From contig JAHWIK010000027.1 in the NCBI GenBank assembly GCA_019322485.1, positions 9,871 through 73,870 on the forward strand: 64,000 nucleotides of DNA, written 5' to 3'. The notes beneath the pieces are model-generated. The model ran no database searches, was not told where the DNA came from, and saw only the letters and a list, made by a program, of their open reading frames with translations. The DNA is from Candidatus Woesearchaeota archaeon (GTDB lineage: Archaea; Nanobdellota; Nanobdellia; Woesearchaeales; JAHWIC01). Below are positions 14,659 through 26,000 of this stretch, piece by piece (position 1 is the first letter of the stretch; each line of letters opens with the position of its first letter). The translations under genes and the position numbers were made by a program.

Positions 14659-17600
14659 ATGGAAAATAGGGATTTGAGAGTTAAAAAACCGCAGAAATCA
14701 AGAGAATTAACTAGTTCTAAATTTGTTCAAAAGGTAAAAGCTCCTCTTATTAATGTATTAATCTTGTTGGTTTTATTTGGGGGAATCTACTTCCTAGGGC
14801 CAGGCTTATCTGGTTTTTTTATCGCAGAGCCTGGTATAGTGAGCTATGAACAGGACATCAGTATAAGCGCTGTTGAAGACAAAACAGAGATATGGAGCTT
14901 AGAACAGTATCCTGAACAGTTTGAACTAAGAACAGTACAGCTTAGCGGAAATTATACTGGGGATGGAACATTTAAGGTTTATTTAGAGGGTGAAGAAGGA
15001 ACTAGATATTTGATTTTGGATAATTCTGCAATTGAAACAGAAACATTAGCTGGTGTTACTGGCTATGTGGTAGCAGTTAATGCTTCTGAAGAGGAAATTG
15101 AGGAGGAATTAGTTATAACTTTTGAAGCTGAAGAAGAAAATGAGACTGAGGAGCAGGGAGATGTAATATTTGGGGAGCCTGAGGAAGAAATAATTGAAGA
15201 GGTTAATGAAAGTGAAGAAGTTCTTGAAGAAGTAAACGTAACTGAAGAGATTAATGTTACAGAAGAAGAGGCTGAAGAGGAAGTAGAAGAGATTATTGAA
15301 GAGGAAATTGAGGAAGAGATAACAATTGATTTAGCTTATAATTCTGATACAAACTTTGACTCAAATAATGATGGTATTGAGGATGTTGACGGTGCTGTTG
15401 ACTTTAGTGTTGCTGGTTCTGGGTTTAACTGGGGTGTCGATAGTTCAAAGCTTTGCACAAGATGGCAGGTTTATCCTGTTGGAAGCGAAGAAGCAACCAT
15501 AGTTTGTTATGGCAATGAAGCCTGCTGCAATTTTGTTGGACTGCAGCCTTATATGGATGATTGGGATGACAGCTTTGTGTTGACTTATGCTGCTCATGGT
15601 TCTGATTATGATAACATCGTTTCTGCGCAGGTTATCTATGCTGATATCGATACTGCAGAGATTTATTATTCAAGTTGGGATGAATTGAGCGCCAGATTCA
15701 TATCTGAATTTGTTGCGTTTGAGGATGTTTGTGCTGAAACATGCTTATTGCCTTCTGGTTTGGATTCAACGAGTTATAAGCTTGTGTTTGAGGTTGATTC
15801 TGGTGTATTGAATATTGATAAGATTAGCTATGTTGCTAGAAACTTAACACAGGTCATTGAAGCAGAAGAGTTTGAATTTAATTCTGATATCAAGAATGCA
15901 GGGAATGAGTTAGTTGAGTATGATATTGAATTTGAAGATGTTGACACCAAACAGATTAAGAAAAGTGAACAAATAAGACAAGCAAAAGGCCTGGTAATTG
16001 CTTCTGCACCAGGATTAAGCATTAAAGAAGGAAAATACAACATCAGGATTAAACCAAGAGAACATCCAATCAAATCCATTGTTGTTCACGACGTTAACAT
16101 TAGCTCAAACATAACTGAGTTTATTGATATTGATGATGTTCCTGAATTTGGCGATTATGTTGAAGTCTATGCCATTGACCCAACCAGGTTTAATTTCACA
16201 AATGCAACTGTTACTGTAACAGCAACTGGAAATGAGTTGTACAAATGCAAAGACTGGGATTTCGAAGCACAAAACTGCCAAGGAAGCTGGGAATTGTTCA
16301 AAACAGATTTAGTCCCGGGACAGAATTATACATTTACATTAACTCCAGAGGATCCAGGATTTGCTGAGATTCTAATAACAAAAGCTATACACCTTGATGA
16401 AAATCAAAACTTGATTTCTGATATTTATGACGAAGTTTACCAACTTGATAATGTATGGTCAGAGCCAATCTATGAAAATGAATATGTAAGAGTTACTTTT
16501 GAAGAAGAGCTTGATTCTTCAAAAGATATAACCCTTTATGCAAGAAATAACCAGGGTTTGAATACTAATGTCGAGGTTTATTACTTTAACAGCACAGAGA
16601 AAATAACAGAATTCCCAGTAATAACAGATGAAGATTATTACAAGATTTATTTAACTGATATGCAAGGAAGCCAGGATACATTTGATTTAAAGATTGTCAA
16701 TACTGATTCTGAAACAGCTTATCTTGAATTTGAGCATATAATTGATCCAACAATTGTACAAAGATATTATCTTAGAGGAGCAGGTGGTTCTGGAGCTGGC
16801 CTTAAAGATAAATTAGAAACAACAATAGGGGGTGCGTCAGCTAGCTGGTCACCAACAGCTGATTTACAGACAGCCCTATTTGTTTTTGACACTGCTTATG
16901 CTCAAAATACAATTATAGAGAACCAATCATTTTATCTCTCTGTATGGTGTGATAAAACTGCAAGCCTTGGTGGGGATAATCCTGATATTAGTGCTTATAC
17001 TTTGTATGATTGTGATACAGATAATACCTGCACTTCCCCTGCTCCTGTTCAAATTTGTACAGCTACTGGACTAAGTCTAGATTGTGATTCTACTACAATT
17101 ATAGAGGCAACTTCATCTGCATGCATTAGGGCTACAAATTACACAATGCATCAAGGAGATTATTTAGCATTAGAACTTACAGTTGATTCTAACAAAGCAT
17201 CTTGGCCAAGAATATGGTATAATAGTTCATTATATCCCTCTTATATTAATATTACAGAATTTACAGAAGAAGCACCAGACACAGCAGCTCCTGCAACAGT
17301 AACAAACTTAGCTAATCAGTCTGCTGGCTACACATGGATTTACTGGAACTGGACAAATCCAAGCGATACTGACTTCAACCACACAGAGGTCTGGATAAAT
17401 GGAACATTCTATGCAAATGTCAGTGCCCCTGACAATTTCTATAATGCAACTGGTTTGACAACAGATACTTGGTATGAAATACAAACAAGAACTGTTGACA
17501 ATAATGGAAATATCAACACAACTTGGGTGAATGATAGTGCCAAGACATTAGCTGATACAACAGCTCCTACAACCACACAATTATACCCTCCAGCTGGTTA

Positions 17601-18600
17601 CTGGAATGGTAGTTCTGACCCTTATTCTATCACATTTAATTGTTCTGCAACTGACAATTACAACCTGACAAATATCAGCTTTTACATAACCAATAATCAA
17701 AACATTTCCTTTGCTCTAAACCAAACAACAGATGTTTCAGGAACATCAGCTTATGCAAACTGGACTTTAAGCTTAGCTAATGGAAATTATACCTGGAACT
17801 GTCTGGCTTATGATGCTAGTGGGTTATATGATTGGGGTGATAACAGAACTGTGTTGATTAATTACACAACACCTCCAATAACATTGAATATCACCTCAAT
17901 CCAAATAACCCCAGATGATGATGGAGTAACACCTGGAGCACAGATTAATCCATTAGAAGCGAGCAATGTAAGTGTAAACCTGATTGCTAATATAACAAAT
18001 TCTTCTGCAATGGATGCATGCAAAATAAGGATATGGAACGGCTCTGGAAGCTATACTGTTCCTACTCTTGCCATTGTTACAGGCGAGATACAGGAATTAG
18101 CAGGAGTTACAATATGTAATGCAACCTGGAACATGAGCTACTGGAGAAATCCAGGTGATTGGAATCTAAGTGTTGATGTTAATCAAACTGATGGAGCTAA
18201 GGACCAGGAGAATTCAAGCTATTATTACAATGTATTGACTTCGCATTCGATTAATGTCAGCTACATCAACTTCACTGGTGTGCCTGGGCAGACCATAAAC
18301 AGTTCTACTGCTTATCCATTATCAATCAAGAACACTGGAAACAAGGTCATCAACATCAGCATTAATGGAACAGACTTCATTGGTGTTCAATTCCCTTCCT
18401 ATAACTTCAGCGTTACTAACGCAAGCTATTCTGATACCGAACTTGGTGCTTACACTTCTATCACAACAGTTTATGTGCAAATTACTGACCTGGACAATCT
18501 AGCTCCTACTTCAACTGCCTACCTGTACTTTAGAGGCACGATTCCTGCTGGAACAAAATCACAAACCTATCAGAACACTATTAACATAAAAAGTGATTAA
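14659..18600 (+). CDS. Giant surface protein 2 (1313 aa), N-terminally anchored
   Basis: N-terminal TM LINVLILLVLFGGIYFLGPGLSGFF, then the split module with a long Glu-rich insert (about 15090-15330). A 492-nt segment (15880-16371) is collinear with 8631-9122 of giant 1. An FN3-like unit carries GYTWIYWNWTNPSDTDF (the PGF-pre-PGF-like motif known from methanogen and haloarchaeal surface proteins). At least 30 N-x-S/T sequons occur in the last ~430 aa. Confidence 0.85.
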   Translation: MENRDLRVKKPQKSRELTSSKFVQKVKAPLINVLILLVLFGGIYFLGPGLSGFFIAEPGIVSYEQDISISAVEDKTEIWSLEQYPEQFELRTVQLSGNYTGDGTFKVYLEGEEGTRYLILDNSAIETETLAGVTGYVVAVNASEEEIEEELVITFEAEEENETEEQGDVIFGEPEEEIIEEVNESEEVLEEVNVTEEINVTEEEAEEEVEEIIEEEIEEEITIDLAYNSDTNFDSNNDGIEDVDGAVDFSVAGSGFNWGVDSSKLCTRWQVYPVGSEEATIVCYGNEACCNFVGLQPYMDDWDDSFVLTYAAHGSDYDNIVSAQVIYADIDTAEIYYSSWDELSARFISEFVAFEDVCAETCLLPSGLDSTSYKLVFEVDSGVLNIDKISYVARNLTQVIEAEEFEFNSDIKNAGNELVEYDIEFEDVDTKQIKKSEQIRQAKGLVIASAPGLSIKEGKYNIRIKPREHPIKSIVVHDVNISSNITEFIDIDDVPEFGDYVEVYAIDPTRFNFTNATVTVTATGNELYKCKDWDFEAQNCQGSWELFKTDLVPGQNYTFTLTPEDPGFAEILITKAIHLDENQNLISDIYDEVYQLDNVWSEPIYENEYVRVTFEEELDSSKDITLYARNNQGLNTNVEVYYFNSTEKITEFPVITDEDYYKIYLTDMQGSQDTFDLKIVNTDSETAYLEFEHIIDPTIVQRYYLRGAGGSGAGLKDKLETTIGGASASWSPTADLQTALFVFDTAYAQNTIIENQSFYLSVWCDKTASLGGDNPDISAYTLYDCDTDNTCTSPAPVQICTATGLSLDCDSTTIIEATSSACIRATNYTMHQGDYLALELTVDSNKASWPRIWYNSSLYPSYINITEFTEEAPDTAAPATVTNLANQSAGYTWIYWNWTNPSDTDFNHTEVWINGTFYANVSAPDNFYNATGLTTDTWYEIQTRTVDNNGNINTTWVNDSAKTLADTTAPTTTQLYPPAGYWNGSSDPYSITFNCSATDNYNLTNISFYITNNQNISFALNQTTDVSGTSAYANWTLSLANGNYTWNCLAYDASGLYDWGDNRTVLINYTTPPITLNITSIQITPDDDGVTPGAQINPLEASNVSVNLIANITNSSAMDACKIRIWNGSGSYTVPTLAIVTGEIQELAGVTICNATWNMSYWRNPGDWNLSVDVNQTDGAKDQENSSYYYNVLTSHSINVSYINFTGVPGQTINSSTAYPLSIKNTGNKVINISINGTDFIGVQFPSYNFSVTNASYSDTELGAYTSITTVYVQITDLDNLAPTSTAYLYFRGTIPAGTKSQTYQNTINIKSD

Positions 18601-19128
18601 ATGAAAATAAAAAAGCGAACAAGGACAGAGAAAAAGGATCTGATTAGGTCCAAGTTTGCTAGAGATGAAGATGTACAGTTATTCAAGATAATCCTAAATA
18701 GATTAAAGAAGAAGTATGATGTTTCCTCAACAGAGGTTCTAAGTATAATCAGAGAGGAGATTATGATTCCAAGCACTATCTTTACAAAGATACTAAGTCC
18801 ATTAGAAACTGATGTCAAGTACCTAAAAGAGAACCTGGACCTTGATTATTCAACAATTGCAAAGCTGTTGAAGAGAAACAGAAGAGCAGTCTGGCAGGCT
18901 TATAAGAATGCTGTTAAGAAGTACTCAGAAAAGCTCAAGCCAGAAGAAACAGAATTCAATATCCCTGTCTCTGCACTTAAAGCTGAGTTAAGCATCCTTG
19001 AAGCAACTGTTGCTTATCTGAAAGATGAATACAGGCTTTCCTATCATGAGATTGGCGAGTTACTGCAGAGAGATGAGAGAACTATATGGACTGTTTACAG
19101 CAGGGCTATGAAGAAGTTAAGGAGGTGA
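18601..19128 (+). CDS. Tandem HTH protein (two sigma-70 region-4 / LuxR / HTH_10-like modules)
   Basis: ATG immediately follows the giant-2 stop (18598-18600). Two ~52-aa repeats: IPSTIFTKILSPLETDVKYLKENLDLDYSTIAKLLKRNRRAVWQAYKNAVKK and IPVSALKAELSILEATVAYLKDEYRLSYHEIGELLQRDERTIWTVYSRAMKK. The pattern LS-x-LE...YLKE..LS..EI..LL.R..RTIW..Y.RA.KK resembles region-4-type HTHs. Confidence 0.65.
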   Translation: MKIKKRTRTEKKDLIRSKFARDEDVQLFKIILNRLKKKYDVSSTEVLSIIREEIMIPSTIFTKILSPLETDVKYLKENLDLDYSTIAKLLKRNRRAVWQAYKNAVKKYSEKLKPEETEFNIPVSALKAELSILEATVAYLKDEYRLSYHEIGELLQRDERTIWTVYSRAMKKLRR

Positions 19129-19150
19129 GCCGCGTTTATTCGTTTTCTTA

Positions 19151-19463
19151 AATAATATGTATAAAATACTTACATAATGTGTTGAAATATCAATTCTAGT
19201 TTGTTTTATTCTTATATAATCTGTATAAATACTTACATAATGTGATTAGGATATTAATTCCAGTCTTTATCTGAGCTACATAATATGTATAAATACTTAA
19301 ATAGTGAGTATAAAATACTTACATAATATGTATAAATACTTATATTTATACTGAGATTTATTACATAATATGTATATTTACCTACATATCATGTCTATAG
19401 GTATACTAATCTGTATACTAGTTTCCAAATAAAGCGAAAGATTTATATAAATGCTACTTACTT
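19151..19463 (+). repeat. Iteron-like array of TACTTACAT cores within a ~21-22-nt unit (TACTTACATAATATGTATAAA)
   Basis: Core starts read at 19167, 19230, 19273 (GAGCTACAT), 19294 (TACTTAA), 19316, 19337 (TACTTATAT), 19359 (TATTACAT), 19379 (TACCTACAT) and 19455 (TACTTACT). Spacings are 63, 43, 21, 22, 21, 22, 20 and 76 nt. The unit contains the partial palindrome TACAT-AAT-ATGTA. Confidence 0.8.
19435..19449 (+). promoter_or_regulatory. BRE/TATA-like promoter element (CGAAAGATTTATATA)
   Basis: Consensus match 37 nt upstream of the ATG at 19486. The last TACTTAC copy (19455) sits between the TATA box and the start codon. Confidence 0.55.
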
Positions 19464-19485
19464 AGTATGTAATTAGTCTCACAAA

Positions 19486-20085
19486 ATGGGAAAAAGAGGC
19501 AAAAAAGAGGTTTCAGCAACAGATTTGACTACAGCACATACTGAATTCCTAAAGAGTTTTTTTGCTGGCAAAGGCAAATCAGAACTTCTTGATCTCTTTG
19601 TCAAACACCTCCGAGAAGAACATAAACTAAGTATCGAAGATGTAAATAGGTTGGTGGGGGGGAAGGAGAAGGACATCCTTCTGCCAATCTCTATCTTCGA
19701 TAACAAAAAGCTTAGTGCTTTGGAAGCCATTACAAAATATCTAAAGGAAAACAAAGAACTTAGTTTTCATCAAATTGGTGTTATTCTCAATAGAAACGAG
19801 AGATGCATCTGGACAACTAATAATAATTCTAAGAAAAAAATGAAAGAGGGTTTTGTGCTTAAGCCCTCAAGGTTCCTTATTCCTGCTGACATCTTCACTA
19901 ACCGCAAGCTGAGTGTGCTTGAGAACCTTGTAAAGTATATGAAAGAAAGTTTGGAGCTTAGCCTGCATGAGATTGCTGAACTGCTGCATAGGGATGATAG
20001 AACTATCTGGACTGTTTACAGCAGAGCCACGAGAAAGCAAAAGCTTTCTGGGGTTTCAAACAAGTCTGAAACAAAGAAAAAATGA
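19486..20085 (+). CDS. Tandem HTH protein, paralog of 18601..19128
   Basis: Two modules: LPISIFDNKKLSALEAITKYLKENKELSFHQIGVILNRNERCIWTT and IPADIFTNRKLSVLENLVKYMKESLELSLHEIAELLHRDDRTIWTVYSRATRK. The 3' end is closely similar at nucleotide level to the 3' end of 18601..19128. The stop overlaps the ATG of giant 3 (ATGA, 20082-20085). Confidence 0.65.
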   Translation: MGKRGKKEVSATDLTTAHTEFLKSFFAGKGKSELLDLFVKHLREEHKLSIEDVNRLVGGKEKDILLPISIFDNKKLSALEAITKYLKENKELSFHQIGVILNRNERCIWTTNNNSKKKMKEGFVLKPSRFLIPADIFTNRKLSVLENLVKYMKESLELSLHEIAELLHRDDRTIWTVYSRATRKQKLSGVSNKSETKKK

Positions 20086-23000
20086 CTAAAGGGTATTGGC
20101 TTAGGAGAACTGTATTTGTTTTGATAGCTTTGCTTATGTTTGCCGGCCTGGTTAAGCTAGGTTTGTCAACGATTGTAAAGTCCTCCAGGCCTGATGTTGA
20201 CTTTAACTTAGTTGTTGATAAAGATTCAAGCCTGATGCTGAAGTTTGAAAGAGAAGTCAGGCTAAAATCACTAAGGGTGAGCGGCTCTATTGCCGGGAAT
20301 GGAACAGCCAGGATTTATGTTGAAAATGATGGAAAGAAGTATTTGGTTCTTGACAGCGAAAGACTGGATGAAGCGAATAGCTTAGACATCAGTGATTTAG
20401 AATTTAATGATGGCGAGAATATTGTTGGAGCTGCAGTTAATGAGCTGCCAAAGAAAGATGAGGATAGTAAAGAATCTTTTGACTTATATGCCAGCCCTAC
20501 AATAAACGAAGCCTTGGACAGCTCTGATTTGAATTCTGCCTATGACAGAAGCGGTCATATTATAGAAGAGATGGATTCCAAGTCAAAAGGTTTTGCTGAG
20601 GATGCTGAGGCATCAATGCAGCCTAGTTGCAGTATTGAAGAATCAGCAGGAGATGTCTCCAAGAGTGTAGATAGCTCGGAAAGCGCAGTCTTGTTCAAGG
20701 AGGCGTGTATTGAAACATGCAGTTTGCAAGGATTTGGCAAGCATTCTTACAGGATGGTATTTGAAGTTGATAATGCTGTTATTAATATAGACAAAATAGA
20801 GTATGCTTTCAGAAGGATATGGGAAAAGGAAGAGATAAGACCAGAGCTTGATGTCAGAGACAGTGATGGAAAGACCATTACTTCTTCCATAAAAATCAAA
20901 GATAAAGATGGCATGGTTGTTTCAGAAGAATCTATAGAAAAAGGATTGTATGATGTTGATGTGGAACTATATGCTGGGCCTGTAAAGAGCATTAAGATTG
21001 AGAATATTGATTTGGATGAGAGTGTTACAGATTTTGTAAATGTAGATGATGTGCCTAAAGAAAAAGAAGGAAGATTTGTTGAGGTTTATGCGATTGACCC
21101 CACAGATGTTGAGTTTACACAGGCAACTGTAACTGTAACTGCAAAAGGAAGCTCGCTGTACAAGTGCAAAGGATGGAACTTTACTGAACAAAGATGCTAT
21201 GGTGAATGGGAACTTTTCAAAGCAGACCTTATTCCTGGAAAGGAATACAGCTTTATCCTAACCCCGGAAGACCCTGGTTTTGCTGAGATAAACATAATTG
21301 ATGCTGAACATCTTGATAAGAATAGGGACTTCATTTCCAATATATTTAATGAAACAAATGAACAAGATAATATCTGGTCAGAACAGATTAATCACAGAGA
21401 ATATATAAGGGCAACATTTGAAGAACCGCTGACAAATGGAAATGTAATCAATCTTTATTTAAGGAATACCCAGGGTTTGAATACATTTGTTGAGATATAT
21501 GAGCAAGATGGTTCTGTTGTTGTTGGTTCAACACCTGTAATAGGCTCAACTGGCATGTATAATATTGAATTGGCCGGGTTAAGCGGCTATAATGACATAT
21601 TTGACTTGAATGTAGTCAACCAACAAAACACGCCAAGTGCTTACTTAGAGTTTGATTATATACATGATGCTGCAGATAATGTCTCTCCAGTTATATCAGG
21701 ACTAAATATTAATCCTTCGTTAGAAATAAGCTTCTTTGGAAGCTATAACTTCACTGTAAATGTTACTGATAATAATACTATAGACTTAGTAAACTTAAGT
21801 TACAAAGGAATTAATGCTGAAGGAGGCTCTTGCTTCCAGTATTATGTAAATGGAAGCTGCGAAAATGATGAATATTATACAACAAATATGACTTTAGGGG
21901 ATGCGCCAGAGTATTATAAGAGGGATGTAAGGCCCGATATGATATACCCCCAAATAGAGTTTGCAGATGATGAAATTTATTGGTATAATAGCAGGAAAGG
22001 ACTTGACATATACAAAGACAAATATCACATATTCAAGTTTGTAAATAATTATACAATAAATGCAAACACAAGCTTCTGGATAGAGGTTGATGCTCTTGTC
22101 AAAAGCCAAACCACAAGGGGGCTTAGGGTTTATTTGTTTGACAGAACAACTACAATAACTGATTTCCAAAGCGACTGGACAAACAGCGCTAAAGGAGAAT
22201 TAGTTGCAGAGATAGACAACAATGCTGCAAAAAACCATGCACATACAGATGATAACTCAAGCCATCATTTAATTGCTCTTACAGCTAATTCTGATGGGAC
22301 AATTGGAACCAAGAATCTCAATTTGACTGACTCATTCTTTATTGCATTGTATAACTTAGAGGGCAATGTAAACAAAGCATGGAATATGAGTTATAGAAAT
22401 ACAAGCTTATGCAATACATCTAACTGGTGGCTTGGAGAGGATTCTGGATGGACTACCACACAACAAGAGGGATGTCCTGATACGCATGTACATCTAGCAA
22501 GGTATAATTTAAGCGGTTCAAGTGATGGTGTAAGTGCAACAAGCTGTGCAGAAGACAACTCAAGCAACAGCAACTGTACAACAATAAGCTCCTTCTTTGG
22601 AGCAATATCTAACTTAGCGCCTGTTTCAAATGCTATAAATGTTCCTGAGCCAAGTGGAGTTTATAAGTGCCCTATAAACATATCATGGAATGAGTTTAGT
22701 GATCCAAATGGGGATACAGTAACTTATAATGTTAGTTTGTTAAATGCTGACGAAACATTTAACCAAATAATAAATGATTCTGAATCAAGCACATATTATG
22801 TCTGGAGTTGCGGTTCTATCCCTGATGGAGAATACAGCTTAAAGGTAGAAGGAAGAGACCCTGACAACTTAAGCTCATATTCCACTTTAGGCGGGAACTT
22901 TAGCATAGACAACACACCACCAGCATGGTCAAATAACAACACCTACCCTGCATCAGGAATTCAATACGCTTCTGGGGTGGATTACCAGTTTAATATTACC

Positions 23001-26000
23001 TGGATTGATGCCAGGGCTGGTGTTGATGCAGTATTGTTTGAACATAACTTCACAGGAACATTGAATAATTATTCTTCTAGTGGAAACATAAGCAATGAAC
23101 ATTATTATAATTCCACTAACCTAAGTGCTGGAACTTATGTATGGAGAAGTTACGCAAACGACACACTTGGGTTCACTAATTACACAGAGCAATGGACATA
23201 CATTGTCCAGCCAGATTCAACAGCACCTTCAGTGATAAATGTTACAGCAACACCTTCTTCTATAAACCAGACGCAAACAACAAATATAACAGCAAACATA
23301 ACTGATAGTGGTGGATTAAGCGAGAACGATATTCTTGCGAGGATTGTAAACTCAAATAGCGATATTAATGAATACAATATGAATCAGGATGGAGATATAT
23401 GGTACTATGAGTTTACAACAACCAGCTCACACCCAGGCGGAGTTTATAATATAACCATAAGAGCCAGGGATACTAATAATAACTGGAATGAATCTGAGGG
23501 AACTACACTTACTGTTAATGATATAACGACTCCAAGTGTAACTAATGTACAGCCTGATAATGCTGTCCGTGACTTTGGGAGCGTTGTTGAGATAACTGCT
23601 AATGTAACAGATGAAACTGCTATCAGTGCTGTCAGGGCAAATGTAAGCTGGAGTGGTGTTTATAGCTTTGTTGATATGCATCTGCAGGAAGATAATGTAA
23701 CATATTCTGGGAACTTTTCTCTTACAAATTATATCGATACCTTCACTGTGCAGATACTCGCCAATGATACAAGCAATAACCTAAATAATTCAGAAACATC
23801 TACATTTAATGTTACTGACGAATCTGCGCCGGGATATTATAATATAACTGCCTGGCCTAGCTCTGCAGCATACAGCCCAGGGGCTGCGTACCAATTCAAT
23901 GTAACCTGGACAGATAATTATGCTGTTGATGTTGTTCTGATTGAGCACAATTTTACAGGAAGCTTGCAGAACTACAGCATGAACAACATAAGTTCCGAGT
24001 ATTATTATAATTACACTAACCTGGCTGTTGGCAGTTATGTGTGGAGAAGTTATGCTAATGATACCTCTGACAATAGAAACAAAACCACACAGCAGAGTTA
24101 TACTGTAGATAAGGTTAACTCAACATGCAGCCTTGTGTTCTCGCAAACATCACCGCAGGATTATGGAACAGCAATTAATGCAAGCTGCAGCTGCACAAAC
24201 CTGGAAGTAAGCGCTGTGCTGTACAGAAATGGAACAGATGCAAGTTCTGAGAACAACCAGCTTGTTATTTTAGCTGTTGGAGACCACCTGTATAACTGCA
24301 CAACCTCTGCTACGCAGAATTACACCTCTGCTCAGAATTCTTCAACATATACAATAAACAAGGTAACATCTACAGTAAACCTAACCTTGAATGGCTATGA
24401 CAGCAACATCACAATAAACCAGACTCAGTCAGTGACTATTAATGCAACCTTGGTGACCCCAAGCAGCGGATATATTGAGCTTTACCAGGACAGCGGGCTT
24501 ATCAACAGCGGCCAGTCACCATTAACAAACACAACAACCTATAATGATTACGGCACATTCAACATTACTGTTACTTATTCGGAAACTCAAAACTACAGCT
24601 CAAGCTTTGAAACGCATTTCATAAGTGTGCAGGATGTTATTTCTCCTGGTTCTGTAACAAACCTGGAGGAGACTGCAGTTGGTTATACATGGATATACTG
24701 GAACTGGACAAACCCAGGCGATACTGACTTTGATGAAGCTATCGTATATATAGATGGAGTCAATGAAGTGAACACATCAAACAGTTATTACAATGCAACT
24801 GGATTAACATCAAACACAAACCACACAATCTCTATAAGAACCAAAGATACCTCGGGGAATATAAACACCACATGGGTTAATGACACAGCAGCAACACTGG
24901 CTGATACTACAGTTCCACAGATAACGTCCTATGCAGTAACGCCGAGGGTAGTGATAATTGATAGGGATGTCTCAATAACAGCTAATGCAACTGATGATGT
25001 TGATACTCCTTCAACATACGCAAATATAACGCTGCCTAACAGCACAGTTCTTACTTTGGCATTGCAGTCAAATTACACTGCGCAGATATCAGGAAGGCAT
25101 AATGTAACAATAATAGCAAATGACTCGTCAGGAAATACAGCAACTGAAACTGATTACTTTATTGCTGCAGGACCTGTTAATTTCACAGTCTTTAGCGAAG
25201 GGCCTAACTCCAGCAGCCTGGAAATGAACCTAACCTTATTCTTCCCTGGAACAGATGAAGAGCTTAATGAGCATGTGATTACAGGCAACATGTCCAATGA
25301 ATACGCTGGCTATCTTTATGATTTGGAATTTGCAGCATTAAACAGAACAATTGTTGTAGAGTTGGGAAGCTCAAACCTGACAACAAACAACAATAAAACA
25401 ATGGGCTTTGACAAACTGCCAAGCCCTGTCAGCGGGTACTTGATATCTTATGGAATCTATTCAACATTTAGCTTTGGCAGCGCAGTTGTAACATTATCCT
25501 ATGAGGGTATAAACTATACTACTGAAAGTAATCTAAGGGTATTTAGATGTGATAATTGGGACTTCGATAACAGGGCATGCTCCAGTTCATTTGAGAGTAT
25601 TAGCGGTGTACAGAGCACCTCTGCAAACAAATTTACATTAACTGTATCCAGCTTCTCAGGATTTTCAATCAGAGAGGTTACGCCTGCAGCTGCAGCTGAG
25701 GAAGAAGAGGAGGGGGAAGAGGTGTGGAGAAGGTCAAGAGGTTGCTTCTTCAGCTGGGAATGCGGCAATTGGAGCGAGTGCTCTATAAACGAAACAGAGA
25801 GGAGGGACTGCACAAATGCAGGAACCTGCCCAGATACTTTCAAGGCTCCTGAAACAGAGAGGCCATGCAATTACACGCCTTCATGTGATGATGGTGTAAA
25901 GAATGGCGATGAAGAAGGCATTGACTGCGGTGGTTCTTGTGCAGAGTGTGTTGAGTGTATTAATGATACTGATTGTGAGGAAGATTATCAATGCATGGAA

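Noticed and set aside
19151-19463. CRISPR array interpretation of the TACTTACAT repeats (also 14446-14644)
   Set aside because: The units are only ~21-22 nt in total, with a 9-nt conserved core and no unique 30-40-nt spacers. They are AT-rich and overlap promoters, and no cas genes are present. They are better described as iteron or operator arrays.
19129-19485. Replication origin reading of the iteron-like region
   Set aside because: Not excluded, but weakly supported. I recognised no Orc1/Cdc6 or Rep gene in the window and no ORB-like G-rich element. The repeats are positioned relative to TATA boxes and start codons as operators would be. It is kept as an alternative in the finding.
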